Source: an uncultured Candidatus Entotheonella sp. (lineage in GTDB: Bacteria; Tectomicrobia; Entotheonellia; Entotheonellales; Entotheonellaceae). Taken from it: 64,000 nucleotides of DNA. Under the pieces are notes generated by a model that made no database searches, was not told where the DNA came from, and worked only from the letters and a program-made list of their open reading frames with translations. Location of the stretch: NCBI GenBank assembly GCA_965217185.1, contig OZ244252.1, positions 1,408,001 through 1,472,000 of the forward strand. The letters are read 5' to 3'. Positions 1 through 9,510 of this stretch are shown here, piece by piece. Position numbers and translations under genes: made by a program. How positions within the stretch are numbered: position 1 is the stretch's first letter; the number at the start of each line of letters is the position of its first letter.

Positions 1-5
1 CCGTG

Positions 6-1436
6 ATGAAATCATCCACTACGTTTGTCCCAAACCGGTTCGAAACTGAGGCGCTGACGCCCCGACTTCGCGCTCTTCTGGAAGCGGGCCGTGACGAAGC
101 CGTTCGCCGCCGGCATGCGCTTCTGGTCAGTGTGACCTTCGATTGCCCCGCGGTGTTACCGCTATCCATTTTTCATCAGGCCCAACCACCACGCCTCCTT
201 TGGCACCAGCCCGGTGAGGGCATGGCCATGGTGGGGGTTGGGTCTGCCGCGTCGCTTGTGGGGTCCGGCGAGAGCCGCTTCACGCAGGTAAGCGCGGCGT
301 ACCGTCGATTGGTTTCGGGAGCACAGATCGATACTTGTCCCTCCTACCCGTTGGCGGCCCCCGTGGCCCTCGGCGGTTTCGCGTTCGATCCCTCGGCGCC
401 GGCCAACCCCGTCTGGGAAGCGTACCCGGACGCCCTTCTGATCGTCCCGCGGTTCCTCTTCCTATCTGCCGAACACACCGCCTGGTGCACGATCAATCTG
501 CAGGTTTCGGCGAGTTGCGATCCCGATACCGTGACTGACGATATCGTAGGCGAGTTGGCGGAGTTGATATCGGTCGATGCCGACCCTCTTGGGGATCGGC
601 AGCCTGCGATACTGGCGCCGATAAACGACCCATCCGGGCCGTGGGAGCAGCAGGTGCATGACATCGTGCAGGAAATTCAACGGGGCGCCGTCCAGAAAGT
701 CGTCCTGGCACGGGAACTGCGCCTCCGGGCACGAGCCGATTTTGACGTAGACATGGCGCTGCGACGACTGGCAGCGGCGGCTGGACATTGCACCCTCTTT
801 GCCCTCGATGCCGGTTCCGGCTGCATGATAGGCGCCACCCCGGAGCGCCTGGTCCGCCTGCAGGGACAGACCGTGCAGGTGGATTGCCTGGCGGGCTCGA
901 CGGCGCGGGGTGACACCGAGCACGCGGACCGCCGGCTTGGGGAAGCCTTGCTCCACAGCGACAAGGACCGCCGCGAACATGGCTTGGTTGTGGGCACACT
1001 TCGTGAGGCCCTGTCGTCGTACTGCCTGTCCCTGCAGGTTCCCGCCGCGCCTCGGCTGCTGCGGCTGCCCGACGTTCAGCACCTGCACACGCCGTTGCAA
1101 GGCACCCTGCCTGCTGGTTCCAGTATCCTGGATATGGTGGCGCGGCTGCACCCGACGCCTGGCGTTGGCGGTGTACCCTGCCCTCAGGCGCTCGAGCTGA
1201 TCCGGGAGCAGGAGCGCCTGAGCCGGGGCTGGTATGCAGGACCGATCGGCTGGGTCGACGCGTGCGGCGGCGGCGAGTTCGTGGTTGGCATCCGGTCGGC
1301 GCTGGTACGCGGCAGTGAGGCATGGCTGTACGCCGGCTGCGGTATCGTGAAGGGTTCGGACCCCCGCAGCGAATACGAGGAATCCTGTCTGAAGTTGCGC
1401 CCCATGCTGGCCGCGCTCAGCGAGACGGCATCATGA
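6..1436 (+). CDS. menF: isochorismate synthase
   Basis: Chorismate-binding motifs KVVLAR, GATPERL, LAGS, LHPTPGVGG, RGWYAGPIGW, YAGCGIV; first gene of men cluster; start near window edge (ATG 6 or GTG 3). Confidence 0.9.
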   Translation: MKSSTTFVPNRFETEALTPRLRALLEAGRDEAVRRRHALLVSVTFDCPAVLPLSIFHQAQPPRLLWHQPGEGMAMVGVGSAASLVGSGESRFTQVSAAYRRLVSGAQIDTCPSYPLAAPVALGGFAFDPSAPANPVWEAYPDALLIVPRFLFLSAEHTAWCTINLQVSASCDPDTVTDDIVGELAELISVDADPLGDRQPAILAPINDPSGPWEQQVHDIVQEIQRGAVQKVVLARELRLRARADFDVDMALRRLAAAAGHCTLFALDAGSGCMIGATPERLVRLQGQTVQVDCLAGSTARGDTEHADRRLGEALLHSDKDRREHGLVVGTLREALSSYCLSLQVPAAPRLLRLPDVQHLHTPLQGTLPAGSSILDMVARLHPTPGVGGVPCPQALELIREQERLSRGWYAGPIGWVDACGGGEFVVGIRSALVRGSEAWLYAGCGIVKGSDPRSEYEESCLKLRPMLAALSETAS

Positions 1437-3220
1437 CCCATGCCAATGCCCTGCACACGTTCGTTGATGCCTTTGTCGATGAATTGGCCCGCTGTGGTCT
1501 GAAACACGCCTGTATCTGCCCCGGTTCTCGCTCCACCCCTCTGGCTGTCCTGCTGCACCGACATCCCGGCATCAAGGTCTGGATGCATCTCGACGAGCGT
1601 TCGGCGGCGTATTTCGCCCTGGGCCAAGCCAAGGCAATGCGACAGCCGGTGGCGGTGCTGGGCACGTCGGGCACTGCGACGCTCAACTTCGCGCCGGCGG
1701 TCGCCGAGGCGTTCTATGCCCGCGTGCCGCTGCTGGTTCTCACCGCCGATCGTCCGCCGGAACTGCAAGAGGTCGGCGCTCCGCAAACCATTGACCAGTC
1801 AAGACTTTACGGACGCCATGTGAAAAGATGCGTCGAGATGCCGCTGCCGGAAGGCGGTCCGGTTGCAGTGCGCTACGTTCGCACCGCTGCCAGCCGGGCG
1901 ATGGCGGACTGCCGCGCCGAGCGTCCCGGACCTGTGCACGTCAATTTCCCGTTTCGCGAGCCATTGATTCCCATTGGGCAAGACGACATGCCGGCCAAAC
2001 GCGGCACGGCGCCGCTTGTGACGGTCGCTCAGGGGCTACAGGCGCTCCGCCCCGCCGACGTGGCGGATCTGGCCGCCCAACTGCGTGGCGTGCAACGCGG
2101 CTTGATCGTTTGCGGCCCGCAAGACGACCCCGTCTTTCCTGGAGCGGTTGTGCAGTTATCGAGAGAACTGCAGTTTCCCCTGCTGGCAGACGTGTTATCC
2201 CAGGTGCGCCGCGGCACGTATGACGTGTCCTGTATTATCGACAGTTACGACGCCCTTTTGCGGGACTCGCAAGTTGCGCGCGATCTGGTGCCGGATCTCG
2301 TGCTGCGATTTGGCGCCACGCCGGTATCCAAGCCGCTGCAACTGTTTTTGCAGAGCCTCACGACCTGCCGCCAAATGCTGATTGCACCGCCAGATGACTG
2401 GCACGACCCGGCACTGGTCGCAACCGACAGGGTACAGGTTGATCCCCGTACTCTCTGTGAGGCGTTGCTGCCGAACTTGGAGCAAACCCGTCGTCAAGGC
2501 GTCAGCACCGCCAGCGCATGGCGCCGCAAGTGGGAGCGGCTGAATGCTCAGGCACGCGCCGCCCTGAAAGAATGCCTGAGCGAGAATCCCGCGTTGAGCG
2601 AACCGAAGGTATTCGCCGACTTGGAGGCGGTGCTGCCGCCGGACGCTACTCTTTTCGCCGGTAATAGCATGCCGGTGCGTGACCTCGATTCCTTTTTCGC
2701 CGCCGGTGCCCGACCGGCCCGCTTCCTGGCCAACCGGGGAGCCAGTGGGATTGACGGTGTGGTGTCAACCGCCCTAGGCGTCAGTTCCGTGAGTTCAGGC
2801 CCCTGCGTGTTGGTCATTGGGGATCTGTCCCTTTACCACGACATGAACGGTCTGCTGGCCGCCAGACAGCACGGTCTTCAGGTGACCATCGTGCTGCTTC
2901 ACAACGACGGTGGCGGCATCTTCTCGTTCCTGCCGCAAGCCGAGACCGTAGAGTCGTTCGAAGACCTGTTCGGCACCCCGCACGGCCTGGATTTTCGCCA
3001 CGCGGCAAAACTTTACGGCCTGGATTACTGCGAACCCGAGGACAGCCAAGCGTTTCGCACAGCCCTCCAAAAATCCTTCCACACCCCGGGCGTCACGATG
3101 ATCGCCGTCCATACCAACCGGGACGCCAACGCCCGCCTGCATCGAGACATCTGGCAGGCCGTATCGCAACGGTTACATTCGACAACTCCACCAGAGCCGG
3201 CGTCATGCGACTCGCCGTGA
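1433..3220 (+). CDS. menD: SEPHCHC synthase (ThDP-dependent)
   Basis: PGSRSTPL, DERSAAYFALG, TSGTA, LTADRPPEL, NRGASGIDG, GDLSLYHD..N; ATGA overlap with menF stop. Confidence 0.95.
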   Translation: MTHANALHTFVDAFVDELARCGLKHACICPGSRSTPLAVLLHRHPGIKVWMHLDERSAAYFALGQAKAMRQPVAVLGTSGTATLNFAPAVAEAFYARVPLLVLTADRPPELQEVGAPQTIDQSRLYGRHVKRCVEMPLPEGGPVAVRYVRTAASRAMADCRAERPGPVHVNFPFREPLIPIGQDDMPAKRGTAPLVTVAQGLQALRPADVADLAAQLRGVQRGLIVCGPQDDPVFPGAVVQLSRELQFPLLADVLSQVRRGTYDVSCIIDSYDALLRDSQVARDLVPDLVLRFGATPVSKPLQLFLQSLTTCRQMLIAPPDDWHDPALVATDRVQVDPRTLCEALLPNLEQTRRQGVSTASAWRRKWERLNAQARAALKECLSENPALSEPKVFADLEAVLPPDATLFAGNSMPVRDLDSFFAAGARPARFLANRGASGIDGVVSTALGVSSVSSGPCVLVIGDLSLYHDMNGLLAARQHGLQVTIVLLHNDGGGIFSFLPQAETVESFEDLFGTPHGLDFRHAAKLYGLDYCEPEDSQAFRTALQKSFHTPGVTMIAVHTNRDANARLHRDIWQAVSQRLHSTTPPEPASCDSP

Positions 3221-4038
3221 ATCGCGTGACCTATCACGTCGAGGTGGAAGGGAGCGGCGCCGCCGTCTTCTTCCTGCACGGGTTTACGGGCAGCAGCGCA
3301 ACTTGGGCGCCGCACTTGGCGGTACTGAAGGGGTTCACGACTGTTCGCATTGATTTTCCGGGTCACGGTCGCTCCGACGCCCCGGCCGAGGTGCAGCGGT
3401 ATGGCATGGAAGCCTGCGTCGACGACATTCTGGCGATCCAGAATCACTTAGGCATACGGCGCTGCGCCATCGTGGGCTATTCGATGGGCGGTCGGGTCGC
3501 CATGCGAGTCGCCTTGCAGGCGCCCGAATGCCTGTGGGCGCTGGTGCTCGAAAGCGCGTCCCCCGGCATTGCGAATGCGACCGACGGGAAGGATCGGGTG
3601 ATTCAGGACGCGAGGCTGGCGGAACGAATCAGGAAGGAAGGCGTGGCGGCCTTCGCGGATTACTGGCAGGCGCTGCCGCTTTTCGCCAGCCAGTCGCGTC
3701 TGCCGGAGGCGGCCCGGCAGGCACTGCGGGATCAACGCCTGCAACACACCGCAGAGGGCCTTGCCAACAGCCTGGAGGGTCTCGGCGCCGGCATGCAGGA
3801 ACCGGTGCTGCAGCGTTTACGGGACCTGCGCCTGCCCTGCCTGTTGCTGGCGGGGGCGCTCGATGCCAAATACTGCGAACTGGCCTATGAAATGGCAACC
3901 GTGCTGCCGCAATGCCGCGCTCACGTCGTGCCGGATGCCGGCCACGCCGTTCATCTCGAGCAACCGGCAGCATTCGACGACGTCGTGCGCGATTTTCTGC
4001 AGGTGCACGCCCCATTCCCATCCGAGCCCTTGCCATGA
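3205..4038 (+). CDS. menH: SHCHC synthase (alpha/beta hydrolase)
   Basis: LHGFTG, GYSMGGR nucleophile elbow, ESASPG, W..LPLFASQ, GHAVHLE; follows menD. Confidence 0.92.
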   Translation: MRLAVNRVTYHVEVEGSGAAVFFLHGFTGSSATWAPHLAVLKGFTTVRIDFPGHGRSDAPAEVQRYGMEACVDDILAIQNHLGIRRCAIVGYSMGGRVAMRVALQAPECLWALVLESASPGIANATDGKDRVIQDARLAERIRKEGVAAFADYWQALPLFASQSRLPEAARQALRDQRLQHTAEGLANSLEGLGAGMQEPVLQRLRDLRLPCLLLAGALDAKYCELAYEMATVLPQCRAHVVPDAGHAVHLEQPAAFDDVVRDFLQVHAPFPSEPLP

Positions 4039-5147
4039 GAGTAGCCAGACTCGCTTGCACGCCGTATTGCATACCGTTTCGCCAGCCGTTTGTAACCGCC
4101 CACGGCACCGAGACCGAGCGCCGTGGTGTTCTGCTCCAACTGCACACGGATACGGGACTGGTTGGCCTCGGCGAAGCGGCGCCGATACCGGGGAGCGCGC
4201 CGCGGGCGTGGTCCGATGTGGCAACGCTTTTTGAGGCTGTGCGGGCATCGTTGCCAGGTAGACGGCTGGAAGATATGGCGGAGGACGTTGTAGGGCCGAT
4301 GGATCATCTGCATCCCGCCGCCGTCGCTGCCGTGCGCTGCGGCCTCGACACGGCAGCGTGCGACGTGCTGGCGCAGGCCGCGGGCACGCCGGTGGCGTTG
4401 TGGCTGCAAAGGGAATCCTCCGAGACGGTACCGGTGAACGCCACCATCGCGCTACCCGACGCGGCGTCAGCGGCCGATGCGGCAGCAAAGGCGCGGGCGT
4501 CGGGCTTCCCATGCGTCAAGCTGAAGGTCGGTATGGCGGCGGGTACGGAGGCGGAATGTGAACGCGTCGCGGCGGTCAGGAAGGCTATCGGGGATCGGTT
4601 GAAATTGCGTCTCGACGCCAATGGTGCTTGGGGTGTGGAACAGGCCATTCATTCGATCAAGGCCCTGGAGCCGTACGACATCGAGCTCGTTGAACAACCG
4701 GTGGCTTGCGGGGATGTTGAGGCGCTGCGGCAGGTACGCGCCGCCGTGCGCACACCCATTGCCGCCGATGAGGACGTCGATAGTGTTGCGGCGGCAGAGC
4801 GTGTGCTGGGAGCCGGTGCGGCTCAGGTGCTGGTCATCAAGCCGATGGTGGTTGGGGGATTGCGGCCGGCCCGCCAGATCATCGAACGCGCTCAGTCCCA
4901 AGGGGTCTCGTGCATTGTGACAACGACTCTCGATGCCGGCATTGGCATCGCTGCGGCGCTGCACCTCGCGGCTACCCTGCCCTCCACCGGCTTGGCCTGC
5001 GGCCTGGCGACCGGCGCCCTTCTGACGACCGACCTGCTAACGACGCCCCTGACTGTTCGTGACGGCCGCATGCAACGGCCCAACGCTGCCGGGCTGGGCG
5101 TGCGGCTTGACGAGGAAGCCGTTAAACGCCACAACCGACCGTTATGA
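4035..5147 (+). CDS. menC: o-succinylbenzoate synthase
   Basis: Enolase-superfamily KLKVG, RLDANG, EQP, ADE, IKP, CGLATG; ATGA overlap with menH stop. Confidence 0.9.
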   Translation: MRVARLACTPYCIPFRQPFVTAHGTETERRGVLLQLHTDTGLVGLGEAAPIPGSAPRAWSDVATLFEAVRASLPGRRLEDMAEDVVGPMDHLHPAAVAAVRCGLDTAACDVLAQAAGTPVALWLQRESSETVPVNATIALPDAASAADAAAKARASGFPCVKLKVGMAAGTEAECERVAAVRKAIGDRLKLRLDANGAWGVEQAIHSIKALEPYDIELVEQPVACGDVEALRQVRAAVRTPIAADEDVDSVAAAERVLGAGAAQVLVIKPMVVGGLRPARQIIERAQSQGVSCIVTTTLDAGIGIAAALHLAATLPSTGLACGLATGALLTTDLLTTPLTVRDGRMQRPNAAGLGVRLDEEAVKRHNRPL

Positions 5148-6440
5148 CAACTGGGCCACCCGCGCCATGGCGTCGTCGAACACCTTTGCGGTTTCGGCCA
5201 GATCCTCATCGCTGTGTACCAGCGATGCGTAGCCCTTGGCCGACGGCTTCAGCACGCCGTTCGCCATCAACGCATCGTGAAAAACCCGATTCTTGTTGGC
5301 GTTGCTCGTCAGGGAGTCTTGGTAGGTTCGGACGGGTTGATCCGTAAACATCAAGTGAAAGACGGGCCCCTCTCCCAGCACCTGCCCGGGAACGTCGTGC
5401 TCCCGCAGCGTGGCCTGCAGCTGGTCCCGCAGGCGCTGACCGACCTCGTGCAGGCGTTCATACGAGCCTGGGCGCCGCAAGATTTTCAGTGTCGCCAGGC
5501 CGGCAGCTGCGGCGACGGGATTGCCGTTCAACGTGCCGACCTGCGCGACCGGCGTGCCGTGCGCATCGGGCTGCGAAAAATACGACATCATTTCCGTTTT
5601 ACCCATCACCGCAGCTAATGGATAGCCGCCGCCGATGATCTTGCCCATAGCGGCCAGATCAGGCACCACGCCGTAGTACTCCTGCGCCCCGCCGTAGGCG
5701 AAACGGAACCCCGTCACCACCTCGTCGAAGATCAGCGGAATGCCGTACTGCGCCGTTACCTCGCGCAGCCCTTGGAGGAATCCGGGCAGCGGCGACAAGG
5801 CACGCTGAAACGGCTCGATGATCACCGCGCCCAAGTCGTCGTGATGGCCTTCGATGATCGCCGTCGTGCGTTCGAGGTCGTTGAACGGTGCAATCAATAC
5901 TTCCCGCTCCAGGCATTCGGGAATGCCCGACGAGCCGCGCACGCCGTACGGACCATCCCATGCGGCCTGCCCCTCGGTGCTCATGACGGCATAGTCGTGG
6001 TTGCCGTGGTAGCCGCCCTCGAACTTGAGAATTTTGTCGCGCCCACGGAAAGCGCGCGCCACCCTCAGCGCGAAGAAGGTGGCCTCAGAACCGGTGGAGG
6101 TGAAGCGAAGCTGCTCGGCGCAAGCCACCGCGTCGATGATTTCGCCGGCCAGTTCGATGGCCTTGTCCGTCAGGTTGAAAAACGTCGAGCCGTTGTCGAG
6201 TTGCTCCCGCACCGCGGCGTTCACCTCGGGGTGCGCATGGCCGACGATCATCGGGCCGGAGCCCAGCAGATAATCGATCCAGCGGCGGCCATCCGGGTCA
6301 TAAACGTGCGCCCCCTGCCCGCCGGCAATCACAAAGCTGTGCTCTCCCGACAATGCCGCGTTACCGTTGGAAGCACCGGGGAAATACTGCTGCGCCCGCG
6401 CTATCAGGGCTTGGTGGTCCGCTGACCGAGCCAATGCCAT
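5142..6440 (-). CDS. class III aminotransferase (GSA aminomutase-like)
   Basis: DYLLGSGP..VGH, GGYHG, IFDEVVTGFR, MGKIIGGGYP PLP-lysine motif; AGGAG RBS before ATG at 6440. Confidence 0.85.
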   Translation of the reverse strand: MALARSADHQALIARAQQYFPGASNGNAALSGEHSFVIAGGQGAHVYDPDGRRWIDYLLGSGPMIVGHAHPEVNAAVREQLDNGSTFFNLTDKAIELAGEIIDAVACAEQLRFTSTGSEATFFALRVARAFRGRDKILKFEGGYHGNHDYAVMSTEGQAAWDGPYGVRGSSGIPECLEREVLIAPFNDLERTTAIIEGHHDDLGAVIIEPFQRALSPLPGFLQGLREVTAQYGIPLIFDEVVTGFRFAYGGAQEYYGVVPDLAAMGKIIGGGYPLAAVMGKTEMMSYFSQPDAHGTPVAQVGTLNGNPVAAAAGLATLKILRRPGSYERLHEVGQRLRDQLQATLREHDVPGQVLGEGPVFHLMFTDQPVRTYQDSLTSNANKNRVFHDALMANGVLKPSAKGYASLVHSDEDLAETAKVFDDAMARVAQLS

Positions 6441-6483
6441 GCCTGCTCTCCTTCCCATCCGTGTAGGGTTTGGGCCGACGCGC

Positions 6484-7017
6484 TCAGCCGGTAGGCAGGC
6501 TGGTGCGAATCGGATCGCTGCCGTCCCACGTACGCGCCGCTTCAGCGATGGCGGCAAACACCTCCTCGCGTCCGCTGCTCATATCAAACAACTCCACCAG
6601 CGTCCCGGGATGGCTCTCGGTCAGCAAATAGACGAACGCCCCGCGACCGCCCACGCTGCCGGAATGGCCGATTTCGTACCCGGCCTCGACGTAGCGCGCC
6701 ACGTCGGCGTCGAACTGATGCGTGCCGTAGCCGACGTGCTGCAAGCCCTCATGCCCGGCGGCGATGAAGTCGCGGTACAACGACGGGGCGTCGTTGCGCT
6801 GCTGGATCAACTCCACCTGGAAATTGCCCGAATTGGCGAGGGCGAGCGACACGTCCACCGGCGACGGCTCGCCCTTGTAACGAAAATCGACGAACGGGAT
6901 GTGCTCGAAGTAGAACCACGGCCCCACCTCCAGCACCTCAATCCAGTGGCGCATGGCGGCTTCGATGTCGCGTACCACAAAACCGTTCTGCAGAATGCTG
7001 CCAAATAGACGGCTCAT
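6484..7017 (-). CDS. VOC/glyoxalase family protein
   Basis: QNGFVVRD, VELIQQ, GLQHVGY, VELFD metal-ligand pattern; GGAGG RBS before ATG at 7017. Confidence 0.8.
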   Translation of the reverse strand: MSRLFGSILQNGFVVRDIEAAMRHWIEVLEVGPWFYFEHIPFVDFRYKGEPSPVDVSLALANSGNFQVELIQQRNDAPSLYRDFIAAGHEGLQHVGYGTHQFDADVARYVEAGYEIGHSGSVGGRGAFVYLLTESHPGTLVELFDMSSGREEVFAAIAEAARTWDGSDPIRTSLPTG

Positions 7018-7042
7018 TAGATGTCCTCCTTGTTCAAGCTGT

Positions 7043-8242
7043 TCAGACCCCGCAACCGGGCGTGGCCGCGACGTTGCCAAGGCGCTCGACCACGGCCAAG
7101 CCCCCATCCGTACCCCGCGCGACCATCACCGGCATGGCAGCGTGCTGCGTGGCGGCGTCGATGGTGACCGGACCGGTCGGCGACGCAAAGCCCAGTCCGC
7201 GCAAATTGTTCAGGGTCGCTGGCCCACCGACATCGCCGGCCTGATTCCAGGCCGCCTGCAAGGCCTTCACGGCGTTGTAGTGCGTGAGGGCCATATAACT
7301 GACTGGCTCCTCGGAACCGTACGACTGGCGAACGCGTGCCACGAACGCCGGCACGTCACCCTCAGTGTCGCTGGCAACGAACGGCGTGGTGGTTACAATA
7401 CGCGCCAACTCGTCGGCCTCCAGCCCATCGGCCAGGGTCTCGTTAAAGCCGATCCAGCCGATTGTCAGTCGTTCCAGCAAGCCCATCTCGCGCGCTTGGT
7501 GGATGAACTCGCGGCCATGGTAGCGGGTCACGCAGAACATCACGATCTCCGCGCCGCTCTCCTGAATCCAGCGGATGACGGGTCGGAAGTCGCGTTCGCC
7601 GGTATCGGTCAGCGCCTGCCCCTGCACGTGCCCGCCGAGCGCTCCGATGGTGAAGCGCAGGCGCCGGAACATGCTGTTCTGCCAGCTTGGATACGAGCCC
7701 AGCAGGAAATACTTCTTGCCCGCCCCGGACGCATCCAGGTAGCGCACCAGCGGTTGGCTGTCGTGGGCCATGGTGGGCCCCAAGGAGAACAACGCCGGAT
7801 TGCAAAACCCGCCTTCGTGGTTGGTGGCATTAAGGAGCGGCACGTTAAATTCTGCCAGCGCGCGGGCGGCGTAGCGGCGCCCGGCCGCCGCCCACGGGCC
7901 GATGATGGCGGCGGCACCCCAATCTGCCACGAGTTCCCGGCAATGCCCGGGCAGGACGTTGGGGGTGGTTTCCGAATCGCGGTACGCCGTTTCGAGCGGG
8001 CGGCCAAGCACGCCGCCGGCCGCGTTGATTCCCGCCACTGCGGTTTCGATGCCCATCCGCATCTGGCGGGCATAACTGTCCACGTCGCCGGTAAGCGGCA
8101 GCAGTACCCCGATGCGCACCGCCTCATCGGTCTGCGCCAGGACCGAAACTCCCCGTCCCAGCGATGCTGCAGCGCCAAATGCCGTCAGGCCCTTCAGTAA
8201 ACCGCGCCGGGTGATCGGTCGTCGCACGTATGCGTTGTTCAT
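7043..8242 (-). CDS. Tat-exported UrtA/AmiC-like substrate-binding protein
   Basis: TRRGLLK Tat motif; IGVLLPLTG, INAAGGVLGR, SPTGPVTID of periplasmic binding protein type I. Confidence 0.78.
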   Translation of the reverse strand: MNNAYVRRPITRRGLLKGLTAFGAAASLGRGVSVLAQTDEAVRIGVLLPLTGDVDSYARQMRMGIETAVAGINAAGGVLGRPLETAYRDSETTPNVLPGHCRELVADWGAAAIIGPWAAAGRRYAARALAEFNVPLLNATNHEGGFCNPALFSLGPTMAHDSQPLVRYLDASGAGKKYFLLGSYPSWQNSMFRRLRFTIGALGGHVQGQALTDTGERDFRPVIRWIQESGAEIVMFCVTRYHGREFIHQAREMGLLERLTIGWIGFNETLADGLEADELARIVTTTPFVASDTEGDVPAFVARVRQSYGSEEPVSYMALTHYNAVKALQAAWNQAGDVGGPATLNNLRGLGFASPTGPVTIDAATQHAAMPVMVARGTDGGLAVVERLGNVAATPGCGV

Positions 8243-8316
8243 TTTGTCTCCTTCAGCGGGATGGATTAAGCACTAGAGACCGACAGGTGGGCAAAAGTGT
8301 GCGTCGCCTGAGGGAT

Positions 8317-9267
8317 TTACGGTCGGGCTTGCGTCCGTAATTCGTCGTACGCCTCACGAATCACCGTCAGGTGCCGCTCTTCCTCTTCGGCGAATTGCTC
8401 GAAGATGGCCCGGCCTTGCGGTTTGTCGACCTGGTTGGCGTAGTGGCGGAAAAATTCGTATGAGCGGCGCTCAGCATCCATGGCCGCCTGCAGGGCTTCG
8501 GTAGGGCTGGCCGAGAGCACCATTTGCCGGATGTGCTCACGGCCTTTCGGGAAGATGCTTTCAAGACGTTCGTAATCGAACTGCAACAACGCCGGTTCGT
8601 CGTCCAGCCAGGCGTGGCTCTGCCGCAGGGCGTCAAACTCTGCCTGCAATACTTCCAGGTGCTCCTTCTCCTCGGCGGCCAAGCGTGAAAAAACCTCCCG
8701 CGTCATGGCGTCAACCGTAGCCTCCAGGGCATGGTTGTAAAAATGCAGGCCCTGCTGCTCATTGGTAATAGCCATTTCCAGAGCGTCACGGGCGAGGATG
8801 ACTTCCAATTCCCTACCCGTGCCGTGGCGGCTGGACGGCGGTGCCACCTTCTTGCAGTCCGTGCACACGCTGAGGATGCGCACCGCGTGGGACTGCGGCG
8901 TAAAATCGTGCTGCTGCTGCGCCTGGCGGAGCAGGGATTCCAGCTCCGGGCTGAGAAACTCGACGGTGCGGTTGCAGGAGGAGCAGATGATGTGGTGATG
9001 CTCGAAGCGGTTGGGTTCGTAGCGTTGGGTGCCGTCGCCGTAGTCCATGGAACGCGCCAAGCCACAGTCCTCAAGAAGCCGCAGGGTGCGGTAAACGGTG
9101 GCGAAGCCAACGCGCGGGTTCTTCTGGCGCACCTGTTCGTGCAGTTCCTGGGCGGAGAAATGCCCCTTGGAGGCGAGAAACACTTCCAGAATGTCGTTGC
9201 GGGGTCTGGAATGTTTGAGGTTTTGGCTACGGAGATAGTCTTCGAAAATCTCGAGTTCATCAGGCAT
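8317..9267 (-). CDS. Fur-family regulator fused to a ferritin-like/rubrerythrin diiron domain
   Basis: N-term Fur: HFSAQEL, GFATVYRTL, HHHIICSSC, CTDC. C-term four-helix diiron pattern E..G..FY...EEKEH / E..SYEFF...EEERH. Start taken as MPDELE (9267). Confidence 0.85.
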   Translation of the reverse strand: MPDELEIFEDYLRSQNLKHSRPRNDILEVFLASKGHFSAQELHEQVRQKNPRVGFATVYRTLRLLEDCGLARSMDYGDGTQRYEPNRFEHHHIICSSCNRTVEFLSPELESLLRQAQQQHDFTPQSHAVRILSVCTDCKKVAPPSSRHGTGRELEVILARDALEMAITNEQQGLHFYNHALEATVDAMTREVFSRLAAEEKEHLEVLQAEFDALRQSHAWLDDEPALLQFDYERLESIFPKGREHIRQMVLSASPTEALQAAMDAERRSYEFFRHYANQVDKPQGRAIFEQFAEEEERHLTVIREAYDELRTQARP

Positions 9268-9427
9268 GAGGATACCTTTTTGGCGGGGTAGACGTCGTTG
9301 TTTGACCGTTCCCAACACCCGACGCGAAACGGCGTCATTGTACTTAAGGCGGTTGAAACGGGTCAAGCAGTTGCCCGGACGACTCAGCCATTCAACTGCC
9401 TGGTGCGGCCCACGCCCTGTTTTGTTC

Positions 9428-9444
9428 TTGAAAACGGTTCTCAA
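9428..9444. promoter_or_regulatory. putative Fur box
   Basis: TTGAAAAC-G-GTTCTCAA, near-palindrome, between the fur-fusion and the Fe3+ ABC operon. Confidence 0.65.
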
Positions 9445-9510
9445 CATCATAATAATACCTTTAATGCCCACCCACCCGCTTATCCCACTCTGTGGAGGGA
9501 GTTGAAACCC

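Noticed and set aside
6..5147. menB/menE/menA absent from the men cluster
   Set aside because: Cluster runs to the window edge and these genes are often elsewhere; absence cannot be judged.
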